DNA of 61,894 nt, filler included. It is 12 parts of 12 records of this genome, joined end to end, with 100 filler letters (N's around TTAATTAATTAA, not from the genome) between each part and the next. Parts side by side here need not be neighbours in the genome. Positions count along the whole stretch, not along the records: positions 33,740 to 37,300 come from SRR15195285_8677; positions 37,401 to 42,027 come from SRR15195285_8685; positions 42,128 to 53,073 come from SRR15195285_8693; 9 more parts are not named here. The stretch is one strand, 5' to 3'. Shown piece after piece: positions 34,217-45,406 of the stretch (position 1 is its first letter; each line of letters opens with the position of its first letter). The notes beneath the pieces are model-generated. The model saw only the letters and a program-made list of their open reading frames with translations, was not told the origin of the DNA and ran no database searches. Made by a program: the position numbers and the translations under genes.

Positions 34217-37200
34217 TCACTCCCGTCCAGCAGGCGGTCGCGCCGGGAGCTGTGGCGATGCCGATCGTGAGGCTGGCCGACTCGCTCCGTCCTCCTCAGC
34301 CACAGGGTTTAGCACGCCTGCTGCGCCGCCTCGCAGCGACCTTGAGCCGCTTCGGGAATGGCTCACCGTAGATCCGAGAGCATCATCAGTGCCCCTGACG
34401 AGATCATCTAATCGACGGACGACAACAGAAAAGCTTGGCCGGCTCTCGGCATCCTGTACCCAACAATCTTGGATTAGCTCGGCGATCTGCGCGTCTACCG
34501 GGCGATCCGTGGTGCCTGTCACCTGCATTCGAGGGCGTTCGCCCTGCGTGACCTTGTGAGGTACCTCCGCACCACCCGCAATACCACTCCATGGCAGCTT
34601 TCCACTCACCAGCTCTGCCAAGCACATGGCGAAGCTGTAAACATCTACCTTCTCGTTGTATGTATTGCCCAGCAAGATCTCTGGTGCCATCCAAAGCACA
34701 GACCCACAGCCGGTCATCATCACGGTCTGTGCATGGTTCTGGCTTTCTAAGTCTAAGCCTTTGTCGCGGGACAGCCCGAAATCGGTCACCTTGACCACCA
34801 CCCGCCCTGTTTCTGTCGGAGGAGCAACCAGCAGAAGGTTTGGGGACTTCAGGTCGCGGTGAATAATCGGCTGCGCGTGCCGGTTGTCAGGAGTGTTGTA
34901 GCGCGTGTGCAGGTACTCCATGCCCTTTGCTACATCAGTCGCCGCCTTCAGTATCTGTGCATGGGTCGGGCGCCACCCTTCGACGTACAGCTGGTGGTCG
35001 AGCGAGTTGCCTTGGCACAGTTCTTGAACGATCATCAGTCTTGGTGTGTCCGCGTAGCCCAGCAAACGGACCAAGTTTGGATGATTCAAATCCGCGCACA
35101 CCTCGACCTCTGTCACAAAGTCCTGGGTAATCCCGTCGACCAACTCCTTCAGCCTGGCGTTTGCTGCTGCGGTAGCATGCGACGTGCGCTCCGGCAACTT
35201 CAAGACCTTGACCGCCACCTCCCGCCCACGCCATGTCGCCTTGTACACCATGCCGTATGAGCCTGTGCCAAGCGGGTCCTTCATCCACTCCGCCGGCTGG
35301 AGCTCACGGACGTGCTCACCAGTGAACATGACATGGATCACATTGTCGGAGCCCTTCGCACGCCGACGGCGTGTTGCGCTGGCGTCGCTCGAGGATGAAC
35401 TTAGCTGCACGGAGGAGCTCGTCGACGAGCTAGAGCCAGCCACATCTGACCAGTCGTCCACAAGACGGTCGGCAGAGGCCGCTTTGTTCCACCGCGCAGG
35501 GATGTCGAGAGCCGTCATCTTCGCGGCTGGGAGCTTCTCGACCCCGAGAAAACTTTCGCGCAAGACCCCAGCAGGCTCCACGGCATTACTTGCTCGTCTT
35601 TTTGCCAGACACGCGCACACCAATGCTACGATAGCAGCCACCATCACAACAACCTCAGCGACCGTAGTGGGTTCGTTTTCACGGCTGAACCAGTCCTCCA
35701 CAGTCTGACCGATGGAGCTGGGTGGCGACCTTGGCTGGCACTGGCCGCCAACCCACACGCCATCCGGACCGCAGGCGATGCATCTGATACCGGCGGAGTG
35801 CAGGCCTGCTGCGCACGTGACGCACTGAACAGGGTCGGTCGCGTTTGGCTCCTGCCCCTCCGAACAATCCCTCGCGCAGACGAGCGCCTGTCCAGCCTCG
35901 AACGGCCCCCACAGCCCTGAAACTGGATCGCAGGTGTAGTCGCCCATGCCGCCCACCGGCCGGTAGCCTGGTGTGCACGTGGCCACGCATAGTGCCACTG
36001 CGTGCGTCGCTGCTTCCTTACAGCTGGCGGTGAACTCTGCATGCTCCGATGGGTGCCGGTCGTGCGAACACAGCTTCGCGCAGCTCAATGGTGTGTTCGT
36101 GGTTGGGATCCACTTCCCATGGTCCCGACGGGTGTCGTTGTTGACGCATTTGTACTCCAGGTCGGTATTAGGCATCGGCACAGTGCCGTCGGTGCACTTG
36201 GCCACGCAAGTGCGGTTCAGCTCTCGGACGCACTTTTGGGCGTCCGGGTCAATCTTGATGTGGTCAGACGCCACGCCTGGGTCGCCGAGGCAGAAGTCCG
36301 GGATCGCCGTGCATGTGAAAGCACGTGTCGCGTCGTCCGCCTTCCATGCGCCGTCACTTGCGCATGTGAAGTTCGCTGAGCCACCGTCGGCTCGAAAGCC
36401 CAACTCGCATCTCGCGACGCACGTGCCACCTTGCTGGGCCGACTCGCAGGGTTCAGCATGCGGGGTGAGGACCTTTTCCGCGCACCCGTGCAGCTGACAG
36501 GCCAGTGCGTGGGTGTCCGGCTTCCACCCATCAACCTCGCTGCACGTGTACCTCATCGAAGGATCTGCAGAGATAGATGCGTAACCCGGATCGCACTGGG
36601 CGTCGCACTGCGAGCCGACCGTGTGGCTACAGCCGCTGCGGAAGCCCGCATGCGGCTCCGGGTCGGTCGGGCACACGCGCTCACACTGGAGCGCGCTCGA
36701 GCCAACCACCGTCCACGACTTATCTGCTTCACACTTGTATTGATTGCTGCCGGTGCCGTCCCACCTGAACTCGTCTGCGCAGGTGGCGCTGCACGTGTCG
36801 CCAATGCGACGCAAGCAGTCCTCATCCTGTGGCACCACCACTCCGGTCTCACTGTCCGGATCCCCGCCGCACCAGCCTTCGATTGGCTGGCAGTCCAGGG
36901 CGTGGGTCTTGCCGTCGGTAGCCTGTGGCCGCCACACATTATCGCTGCCGCACACGAAGCCTCGGGTGATTGTGCCCAAAATCGTGCTTGTTTTCCAGGT
37001 TTCTTGAGCATCGTAGCCTGCTGCACAGGTGATCGGGCAGTGTTTATTCTTCCCTTTGTAGTGGCACTTCCCATCCTTTGTAATCCAGGTCGTAAGCCCG
37101 TTCTCGGCTCTGTTCAGGATGCAGTGTGGGCATGGTGGCCCAGTATCCGGGCAGTTCGCCCGCGTGAGGGACACGGCCTGCGCCAGCGCCAACAGCAGCG

Positions 37201-37219
37201 CCAGCGGCCTCGCCGCCAT
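34217..37219 (-). CDS. Single-pass receptor kinase: six sushi/CCP-like modules, Cys-rich juxtamembrane segment, TKL-group kinase
   Basis: Intronless ~1000 aa. Signal peptide MAARPLALLLALAQA; TM VVVMVAAIVALVCACLA; kinase motifs LGTGSYGMVY, VAVK, HRDLKSPNLL, DFGLSR, GSVLWMAPE, DVYSF. Confidence 0.92.
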   Translation of the reverse strand: MAARPLALLLALAQAVSLTRANCPDTGPPCPHCILNRAENGLTTWITKDGKCHYKGKNKHCPITCAAGYDAQETWKTSTILGTITRGFVCGSDNVWRPQATDGKTHALDCQPIEGWCGGDPDSETGVVVPQDEDCLRRIGDTCSATCADEFRWDGTGSNQYKCEADKSWTVVGSSALQCERVCPTDPEPHAGFRSGCSHTVGSQCDAQCDPGYASISADPSMRYTCSEVDGWKPDTHALACQLHGCAEKVLTPHAEPCESAQQGGTCVARCELGFRADGGSANFTCASDGAWKADDATRAFTCTAIPDFCLGDPGVASDHIKIDPDAQKCVRELNRTCVAKCTDGTVPMPNTDLEYKCVNNDTRRDHGKWIPTTNTPLSCAKLCSHDRHPSEHAEFTASCKEAATHAVALCVATCTPGYRPVGGMGDYTCDPVSGLWGPFEAGQALVCARDCSEGQEPNATDPVQCVTCAAGLHSAGIRCIACGPDGVWVGGQCQPRSPPSSIGQTVEDWFSRENEPTTVAEVVVMVAAIVALVCACLAKRRASNAVEPAGVLRESFLGVEKLPAAKMTALDIPARWNKAASADRLVDDWSDVAGSSSSTSSSVQLSSSSSDASATRRRRAKGSDNVIHVMFTGEHVRELQPAEWMKDPLGTGSYGMVYKATWRGREVAVKVLKLPERTSHATAAANARLKELVDGITQDFVTEVEVCADLNHPNLVRLLGYADTPRLMIVQELCQGNSLDHQLYVEGWRPTHAQILKAATDVAKGMEYLHTRYNTPDNRHAQPIIHRDLKSPNLLLVAPPTETGRVVVKVTDFGLSRDKGLDLESQNHAQTVMMTGCGSVLWMAPEILLGNTYNEKVDVYSFAMCLAELVSGKLPWSGIAGGAEVPHKVTQGERPRMQVTGTTDRPVDAQIAELIQDCWVQDAESRPSFSVVVRRLDDLVRGTDDALGSTVSHSRSGSRSLRGGAAGVLNPVAEEDGASRPASRSASPQLPARPPAGRE

Positions 37220-37300
37220 CTCTCTGCCTCGGATCCCCTCGATCGATCCCCCACCCCCGCCGCCACCGGCGCGCATCTTGGAGTCAATCAATAAGCGCCG

Positions 37301-37400
37301 NNNNNNNNNNNNNNNNNNNNNNNNNNNNNNNNNNNNNNNNNNNNTTAATTAATTAANNNNNNNNNNNNNNNNNNNNNNNNNNNNNNNNNNNNNNNNNNNN
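37301..37400. other. Artificial contig linker
   Basis: 44 N + TTAATTAATTAA + 44 N. Confidence 0.97.
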
Positions 37401-37718
37401 TAACAATCATAATAGACAATAGAACAAGTTACTCTCCCACGATCCGCCCGGGGAGTAGACAGATGAAACCGAGATCCGACATTCCTGCGATATAAACTCG
37501 CATTAATACGTATACAGTAGTATGAGAGTTAATTCCTAAATTTATGCGCGCACCCCCGTATCCGGAATACATGTACCGTACCGTAGACTATATCATGATG
37601 CGCGATAGACTATATATTCGATGTTTGGCCGCGCGCGCGCGCGCGCGTCGTCCGTCCCGCGGGCGCGGCGCCGCGATCACGCGCGACGCACGCGGATCTG
37701 ACGCTCGGAGGCTGAGCG

Positions 37719-39419
37719 ATGCAAGCAGCTGCAGCCGCTAGCGGGACCCCAAGCTCTGCGCAGTTGCTCAGCCATGCAGCTGTCGCGGCCGCCGCCTTTG
37801 CTGCGGGCGGCTTGTGCTGCCAGAGACAACAGCAGCTGGACGAGCACATGTCTGCCAGCGGCGGCGGCGGCCGGCGAGAGCCTGGTTTGAACAAAGAGCC
37901 GCAGCCGTCGTCACCTCGACCAGTGCCGACCGAAGCTTCGCCGCTGCGTACGCGGAGCAGCGAGGGCGCCGTGACTTCGCGGACCGGGCATCGGAACAAA
38001 AACAGCCGCAAGCTCTTCAAAGGCGAAGAGAGCGCCACCAAGGTGTACTGCGCTGGCACGCTCGGCGAGTTCCAAGGAACAATCCCAAAGGTACTTGGGC
38101 AGGACGACCACGTGCTGGAGATCGGGGTGAGTGGCGGCGGTACTAGTGCACTGCTTCGGCTTGCGTGCCCGAACGTCCTCAGCATCGACATCGAACGCAA
38201 GGACTGGGCGGCGGCTGTGTCTGAGGCTGGCGGCTCCCTCACGCTCCTCGACGCGGTGACGGACATCGCAGGTCTCCGCGCGCTTCCCATTGAGCCCACG
38301 GTCCTCTACGTCGATCTGTCTACGATCCTGGGACACGACCCGTCTTTCGATGGAATAGCGCTGCTGCGCCAACTGGGGCGAGTGTTCCGCAACTCTCTGA
38401 CGAAGATCGTGGTCCGGAGCCGCGCGCTGCGCGCCCATGCAACCCAGTTCCTCGATCCGCATGCGCTACCAGAGTACACAGCTGATGCGCCGCCGTTGGA
38501 CACACTCCGCACTGCCCCAGCATTGCGCGGTGCATCCAAGGTCTACTGCTGCGTTGGCGTGACCGAGTACCGCAAGACGATCAGCTGGCTCGTGCACGGG
38601 GATGACTGCGTGCTGGAGATAGGGTGCCAGGGTGGCATCACTACCGACCTAATCGCGAAGCGCGTCCGCCAGATTCGTGCCAGCACAGATTATGACCAGT
38701 TTACAGCTGCAGGCGATTCAGTGGTTGGTGTGGTTGGTGTGGACGTGGCGAAAAAGAGCATTGCTCACGCACGAAAGAACTTTCCTGACACGGTCTCAAA
38801 CTTCGAAACGTGCGACGGGTGGGACTCCGCGGGGATCATAGAGCTTGGCCAGCTGGAAGCCCAGCGCTTCAACAATGTTGTTGACGTTGGCATGCTCAAG
38901 AAGCGGAATTGGACTGTGGTATATGTGGATGTATCTGGGCTGTCAGGCCGAGCGGCGCTGCTGGACGCGCTGGCTTTGGTCCAGCAGCTGCGCCGCTGTC
39001 TTAAGCCTAGTTTGCGTGCGGTCGTCATCAAGTCTCGCTGCCTGCGCGACTTTGCGGTGGGGTTTGTGGACGCGCAGTTGCTCTTGGAGGAGGAGAAGCA
39101 TCAGAAGCCCCTGCAGGCGTCGACTGAATTTGCAGACTCTCCACTTCCAGTGCCACCGCTTAGGCGCCGACACGCACAGGCAGCAGAGTCTGCCCAGTCT
39201 GGGAAACAAATGCAACATCTGGCTGCAGACCGAGAGGAAGAGATATGCGAGTTTGAGGTTGTTGAAGACGGCGCCGGGGAAGACGCGCTCCCTCCTATTC
39301 CTGTAGGGCGGGGACTCAGGTTTGCAGGGGCAGCAACAGCAGTTGTCGCTGATCAGAAGCTTACACGCAATATTGGTTGGCTAAGCTGGGCTCTTGGCGA
39401 CGGCGGCACTGGAGAGTAG
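37719..39419 (+). CDS. Protein with two tandem class I SAM-methyltransferase-like domains
   Basis: Internal duplication: KVYC...DDHVLEIGVSGGGT...VLYVDLS...IVVRSRALR and KVYC...DDCVLEIGCQGGIT...VVYVDVS...VVIKSRCLR. Confidence 0.75.
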   Translation: MQAAAAASGTPSSAQLLSHAAVAAAAFAAGGLCCQRQQQLDEHMSASGGGGRREPGLNKEPQPSSPRPVPTEASPLRTRSSEGAVTSRTGHRNKNSRKLFKGEESATKVYCAGTLGEFQGTIPKVLGQDDHVLEIGVSGGGTSALLRLACPNVLSIDIERKDWAAAVSEAGGSLTLLDAVTDIAGLRALPIEPTVLYVDLSTILGHDPSFDGIALLRQLGRVFRNSLTKIVVRSRALRAHATQFLDPHALPEYTADAPPLDTLRTAPALRGASKVYCCVGVTEYRKTISWLVHGDDCVLEIGCQGGITTDLIAKRVRQIRASTDYDQFTAAGDSVVGVVGVDVAKKSIAHARKNFPDTVSNFETCDGWDSAGIIELGQLEAQRFNNVVDVGMLKKRNWTVVYVDVSGLSGRAALLDALALVQQLRRCLKPSLRAVVIKSRCLRDFAVGFVDAQLLLEEEKHQKPLQASTEFADSPLPVPPLRRRHAQAAESAQSGKQMQHLAADREEEICEFEVVEDGAGEDALPPIPVGRGLRFAGAATAVVADQKLTRNIGWLSWALGDGGTGE

Positions 39420-39562
39420 TGTGAGATAGCCGAGGTGGGCACTGGGCGACGGCGGCAGCAAGTAGACCATACAATCGATTCTTTTTGCCACCATTTCGTT
39501 GTTTTTGACTCGCCAACTCAACACGCATCATCGCACGAGCACACCCTGCGGGCGTGTTAAGT

Positions 39563-41960
39563 TCAATTAACTTTAATCAGACTATCGCAGAACTCAACCA
39601 CACTGCTAGTGTGTGTGCTGATGCCGCAGCGTCGCCCATCCTGCCATACAGCACCCAGGATCTTTTGGCCAGCTACTGCATCCAGTGCTGCGTACTCGAT
39701 CTGCTCCACGCTCAGTATCGGCGCCCGCCAGTCGCCGCAGCGAAGAGACTTCGTCTTTCGAAGGTCACTTTGTAGCATGAGTCGTGTCAATGACGCCAGT
39801 CCGACGCCATGTTGGCTTTGCACCAAACCAACAGCCTGAGCTAGAGAAGGTAACTCAACCGTCGATCGGCAAGGCAGGCTCCATTCAGTTTCCAGCAGCG
39901 CAGCGTCTTTGCCAACACCAACTCCAGCTTTTGCAACGGTTGCATCCGCAAGCAATTCCTTCAACGCTGGACATCGGTCTCGCAGCAGCGAGCGACTGCC
40001 ATTGCCCACTATGTCCTCAAGCCTCACCAAGACGCAGTGACTTTCACTGGCCAGCTGTAGCAGCACGCATGTTGGGCGGTCACCAGAGCTGTCTCCCCAC
40101 TCAGTGTCAAGGCCAATTGCGCGTAGGCCACCTGCCGCAGGAAGCGAAGCAGCAAGTGCTTGCACTGCCGCCTCGCACTGTGCAGCCGTTTGCACCAGTG
40201 TCACTGGAATAGACAGCATAAGCCAGGGTAACGTTTCGAAGGTCTTACCACCATGGTCGCTCTGACCAGAGTTGAGGCTCCGGGCAGAGGTAGTGTCACT
40301 GCAACTGGTCACTTTGTGGTGCTGTGAAGGGGTCTGAACACCAAGAGCAGCTGCCAACCGCTGGGCCGACTTCGGTGGTGCCGTTGTCAGTAACTCGTTG
40401 GTCAAACGTTGTCCAGCTGCAGCATCTTCGTCGCAGAGTCTCTGAGTCAGCAAAGCCAGGAGCTTGAATGACCCACGTTTGAGCAGTGCTAATGCTGCAT
40501 CACATACCAGTGCCGATGGAATAGCAACTGCGATGCCTGGTTTTGTGGCAAGCCGGGCACCAGCTTCGAAGGCAGTCGCGCTGCCGACCAGCAACAAAGA
40601 ACTCGCGACTGCCGCGACACGCTCAGGGCCACCAGCCTGAGAAAGTACCGAAAGCCACCGTAGTTTTGCCTTCTCATTTGCTGTTTCAGCCTCAGATACT
40701 CGACCGACCGCCTCAGCACTGGCTGGGAAGCCTATTCTGAGGTAGCCAGCAGCCTCGTCAGTCTCGCCGATAATTGCCAGAGCAAAGCGTACACGTATTG
40801 ATCGGGCCCAACTGCGATCAGTGTCGAGTGGCTTCAGTGACATCTCCGACAAGTCGTGGAGACACTCACCAGCCAAGTCCGGTTTGCCCAAGCTACCTGT
40901 GTTTACATTTGCATCTCCACTCTTCATTGGTTCACAATCTGGTGCGAGCAACAAAGCAAGGATGGTATCGCTCAGCGCATCCAACAGTAGGCCGGCGACT
41001 GCTCTCTCTTCTTTACCCGCCGAGGCGTCCAATGAACATAGGCAGTTCCAAACCCTGCATGCCCAAAGTGTGGTCGGTCAATCTGGACTGAAAAGGCTAG
41101 ATGCAGACAATGCAGCGGAGTGGGCCGCCCGTACCATCGTCCTGCCTCCTCACCACCGCCGGACAATCCTGACAAAAGAGCCTTCAACTGCTGCCGCCAG
41201 AGCTCCCGATTGCTACGAAGGGCCCTCGCAGCTTTCACTCCCTTCTTCTTCTTTAATTTCAGTCCATCATCTACACTATCAGCACCTGGTAGATGCTGTT
41301 GTTGATCCAGTAGTCCATGTCGAAGTATAGCGATAACATCGGCTCCACCACTCATGCCTATCAGGGCTTCCGGCGGCCCTAGTGGCTTGGGGACTGGCTT
41401 AGGCTTCTTCGATTTTCGTTCTCTCTTCAAACGATGCACAACCACTCCACCAGCAGCATCTGGAGCAACCATCGTATCGTGGTGCCCGTCTCTTTCCTTT
41501 CGGACGAGTGGAGCACCGTCTGAAACCATTGGCGCCGCCTGTGCCGACCAGCCTCTGACCACGACAAATCCACGAGTGTCCTCAAACCAGCTTTCATGTC
41601 TATCACAATCCTTCTTGTCCTCGCCTTCGTCCTGCTGCTGTAGTAGGCATGCAAGCAACATCGGCTGTGGCCGAGCTTTCGGATTGCTTTCGATGGCCTC
41701 AAAGTGTGGTTGCAGCTGCTCCACAAGCTCTGCAGTAGTAAACGTCGGCAGCATTTCGATCCCGACTGCTGTGTCGCCCTCCACACTGCGTACGGCCGAC
41801 ACGCCGACAGCATCGGAATGCAAGAAAGGAAGTTGATATTCAAAATTGGTTTGACCCGTAAGCCGGTCATGCAAACGGATTGGCAGCTCACCATATGCTT
41901 CCGAGCTCAGTGGTTCGCGCCACAGCGGAAGCGAGCCAATGTCGCTTCGTCAGCACAGCC
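39563..41960 (-). CDS. DEDDy 3'-5' exonuclease (WRN/EXD2/Mut-7-like) with long N-terminal extension, 5' partial
   Basis: ExoI AIGLDTEW, LLQLA, ExoII KAGVGVGKD, ExoIII DWRAPILSVEQIEYAALDA. Intron 41055-41134 (GTACGG...GCAG) joins the upstream ORF in frame. The start is not resolved before the contig end. Confidence 0.8.
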
Positions 41961-42027
41961 CAACGTACTACCGGGGTGTTTTTTGACTCAACGCTGCGTA
42001 TCGACTCGAAGCGTTGCTTCAGTTCGG

Positions 42028-42127
42028 NNNNNNNNNNNNNNNNNNNNNNNNNNNNNNNNNNNNNNNNNNNNTTAATTAATTAANNNNNNNNNNNNNNNNN
42101 NNNNNNNNNNNNNNNNNNNNNNNNNNN
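42028..42127. other. Artificial contig linker
   Basis: 44 N + TTAATTAATTAA + 44 N. Confidence 0.97.
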
Positions 42128-42445
42128 ACCGCTCGTGCACTGAAATTAGCCGCTGTGGGCGGTTAATTAGTCAAGAAGGCCCTCCCGCCTCCCCGCGGCC
42201 GCCCACTTACAGAGGCACCATTGTGGGCCTCCTTGGCGGTTCGGCAGAGCACTTCTGAAGGTTTGCCAGTACGCCCCGCCCCGCCCCCTGGGGTACCTCT
42301 ACTTGGCAGAGCCGCGTGGTGCAGTGGGAGCATTGTGCCCCCCCCCCGCCTGTTTCGGCAAGGCGCAGGCAGAGACCGAGATCGCGTAGCGGTGCGCGTA
42401 GCCGAAAGCGGCTGGGCGGCAGCGGCGTCGGGGCGCGGTGAGGTG

Positions 42446-43216
42446 ATGCAGTCGCATGGGCAGCTGCCCCAAAATCTGGCGTCGAACGGCAGGGAGTGTA
42501 TCGGTTCCGAGCAGGTGGTGGAGACCGCCACGGGGTCTTTCCACGGGGGGCCGGAGGACACCATCACCTCGTACCAATGGACCGGCGATCGGATCTGGCC
42601 GAGCGGTGCGTTCCTCGCGCAGGATACGGCGACCCGTGTCCACGCCGCCGCTGCGAAGGGCTCGGAGAGTCTGTTGGGCCGCCACCTGTCAGCCCGCCCG
42701 CCGCTCACGCACCGGATCAAGGGCACAACGCCACTCATGGTGGCCGCCGTGCGGGGGAGCGTGAACTGCCTGGCCAGGTTGCTCGCTGCGGGTGCGCCGC
42801 CGAACGAGGCCACGAGCAAAATGTACTCGCCCGCACAGGAGCGCGGCGTGACGGCACTCATGTGCTCGTGCTCGTGCAAGGCAGAGACCGCACCCGAGTG
42901 TGCGGAGATGATGCTGCGCGCCGGAGCCGAGATAGACATGCAGGACAGTGCGGGGCTCACGGCGCTTGCGCACGCCGTGCTTGCAGAAAATCCTGAGGTG
43001 GTGGAGCTCTTAATGCGTTACGGCGCTGACACATCTATCCAAGACCGCACAGGCCGAGCTGCCGTGGACCATGCCATTGAGCTGAAGACCCGTCACCGAG
43101 AGGAGGAGCGGGCTGCCGCAGCAGCTGGCGAAGCCTATGAACCGCCGTACAAAGGGCGATCAATTTCTGATATGCTGCTTTACAGCGACTCGTTTACACT
43201 CTCAGCACTTTCGTGA
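42446..43216 (+). CDS. Ankyrin-repeat protein
   Basis: GTTPLMVAAVRG, GVTALMCS, GLTALAHAV...VVELLMRYGAD, GRAAVDHA. Confidence 0.85.
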   Translation: MQSHGQLPQNLASNGRECIGSEQVVETATGSFHGGPEDTITSYQWTGDRIWPSGAFLAQDTATRVHAAAAKGSESLLGRHLSARPPLTHRIKGTTPLMVAAVRGSVNCLARLLAAGAPPNEATSKMYSPAQERGVTALMCSCSCKAETAPECAEMMLRAGAEIDMQDSAGLTALAHAVLAENPEVVELLMRYGADTSIQDRTGRAAVDHAIELKTRHREEERAAAAAGEAYEPPYKGRSISDMLLYSDSFTLSALS

Positions 43217-43291
43217 AACGGCACTCGTGCTCGGGAGCTTCTGAGCGGGTGCTAAGGATTGTGTGCAACATGAATTCGTCGTGACATTTGA

Positions 43292-44857
43292 CTAAAACGG
43301 TTCGTCTGCCTCTAACGTGTCAGGGAATCCACGCCCAGCGTGTGTTCTCGACCAGTCGGGAGGCGGGGCTCGATCGTCCTCACCACCTCGCGCCACAGCC
43401 GATCGTCCATATCCTGCCGCCTGTGGGTCCACCCCGAGCGCAACGCGTGACCTGTCGCCAAACGATAGTCGTGGCCCAGCCTGCCGTGACGCGGCCATAC
43501 TTTCGGACACTTCGTCCTGTTCGGTGAACTTCCGAGCCCCACGCTGAGCTCCGGCATGTGCTCCACCGTGCGTATACTGATCGACATTTCCGCGAGCATC
43601 TGTGGCTGAGTGTGCAGCACCTTGCTCTGCAGCCAGTGCACGTCGATTCATGGGTAAGACATCTTCGTGGGAGTACCATGACCCATGATCAGGCACAAGG
43701 CTCGACTTGGAATACCCGTGACTATTCCCCTGTAACCTCTGCGCCGGGGGCGCCCGAACAGGCGCAGCAGGTGACAAGACTAGATCGTCTGCGCCATCGC
43801 CATCTTCCTCGTGCTGCCACCACCGCTGCTTGTGTTCATGCTGGTATGTGTACTGCTGCTGCCGGTGTTGTTGCTCTTCCACTGCCCACTTGCCACGAGC
43901 ATCTCCACCGTTCCCAGTGTCGCGAGGGGCTGTCGAAAGTCCCCACTTGGGGCTGCTGCGGGCCTTCCCACTCGTCGTGCCTGCATTGAAGCCGTGATTC
44001 CAAGAGTCTGCAGCCTGTAATGCTGCGGCTGGGCGCGATGGCTCCGCGCGGTGCGTTTGTCGCACCGTATCTGCTGGCCGGTGTCGCTGCTGTCGCTGTT
44101 GGCTGCGACGGTCGACATCATCTCGCGCAGATCGGGAAGACAACCGAGACGGGCCACGAGAAAGACTGCCAGCTGCAAGCCGACCGCGTTGTGCACGTGA
44201 CCCAGCGCGGTGGCCATCGTCGTCGCTGTCACTACTAGAGGAAGACGCTCCGGAATATCGCGTGCCTACCGGAGCGATACTTGAGTATCGCTGTGGCCTA
44301 CGATCTGTCGCACCCACTGGCGCAGTGTGCGAAACAGATTGATGCTTGGGGCTCGGTTTCGTTCTCTGCTGTGCTGGGTCCCACCAGGCGCCGCTCATCA
44401 CACGCTGCCATGCAGTTTCGGCTTCGACCTGGCGCGTTCCAGCGCCGAATGCTGCACCTGACAGCGCTGCATCGTCGCTCGCATAGCCAGCTCTCGCAGG
44501 CGCCGGACCCGCATTAGACGGCAGCTGCGTCGACGGTGGTGGCGGCGGAACCCCGCCGAGCGGCAGCTGCGGCGCAGGCAGGTCGTCGGGTGGCAGCTGC
44601 GGCGGAGGCGCGGACCGCGTGATCGGCGCGACGCGGACCTCGAGATCAAACGGCCCAGGAGCTCCCGATTCCACCGCCGCATGGATCGCCGCCGCCCCGA
44701 AGACCCGCTCGCCGTTTACGCCGACGATCTGACCGCCCAGCGGGAGGCCCGAAGTCTCCGCCTCGCTGCCTCGGTGCGTGAAGGCGCTCACCGTGCCGTC
44801 CGCATCAATCTCGATGCCCAGGCTGCCAAACTCGTCCGCCCCGAGCTGCACGTGCAT
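43292..44857 (-). CDS. PDZ-domain protein with disordered C-terminus
   Basis: N-terminal GSLGIEI...GSEAETSGL.LGGQIVGVNG is a PDZ signature, followed by Pro/Ser/Arg-rich low-complexity sequence. Confidence 0.75.
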   Translation of the reverse strand: MHVQLGADEFGSLGIEIDADGTVSAFTHRGSEAETSGLPLGGQIVGVNGERVFGAAAIHAAVESGAPGPFDLEVRVAPITRSAPPPQLPPDDLPAPQLPLGGVPPPPPSTQLPSNAGPAPARAGYASDDAALSGAAFGAGTRQVEAETAWQRVMSGAWWDPAQQRTKPSPKHQSVSHTAPVGATDRRPQRYSSIAPVGTRYSGASSSSSDSDDDGHRAGSRAQRGRLAAGSLSRGPSRLSSRSARDDVDRRSQQRQQRHRPADTVRQTHRAEPSRPAAALQAADSWNHGFNAGTTSGKARSSPKWGLSTAPRDTGNGGDARGKWAVEEQQHRQQQYTYQHEHKQRWWQHEEDGDGADDLVLSPAAPVRAPPAQRLQGNSHGYSKSSLVPDHGSWYSHEDVLPMNRRALAAEQGAAHSATDARGNVDQYTHGGAHAGAQRGARKFTEQDEVSESMAASRQAGPRLSFGDRSRVALGVDPQAAGYGRSAVARGGEDDRAPPPDWSRTHAGRGFPDTLEADEPF

Positions 44858-45369
44858 TTCTCAGCACTCAGCCGACTGCAGTACACGCGAGCGCTACGCC
44901 CTTATCGCTGCCTCCACCCGATGCCATACAATTTCTCAGTGAGTTCTCAGGGCCCACTCTCGAGAGTGCAGCGTCCAATCAATCATGGCGCCGCAGCCAG
45001 CTGGAGCTGCTCCGTCAGCGAAACCCTCGGTGGCGTCAAATCGCTGCAGCCGCTCCCCCCAGCCACCCAAAAGACCACGTGTCTGACAGCCAGTGAATCC
45101 GTCCAGTGCCGCTCTCTGCGGCGTCAAACCACGCGCATGCCACAGAAATGAGTATGGATGATAGGCAGGAAAGCCTCCCCGTCGTTGTGGAGTGGCTGAA
45201 GGATACGCCGGTGACTGCAGCGATGAGACGCAATATCACGTGTGTACACACAGAGAGAGCTGATGCGACGCAGTCCGATCACGGATGATCAACTAACTGG
45301 CTCGTGGGTGGCGGCTGCGCAGGGGAGACGGACGTGAGTGGTGACGTATAGTCCAGTATAGTATCTCCT

Positions 45370-45406
45370 AGAAGTCAGTAGCTAGAGGAGAAGTCAGTAG
45401 CTAGAG
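45370..45406. repeat. Perfect 18-bp tandem duplication
   Basis: AGAAGTCAGTAGCTAGAG at 45370-45387 and 45389-45406. Confidence 0.85.
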
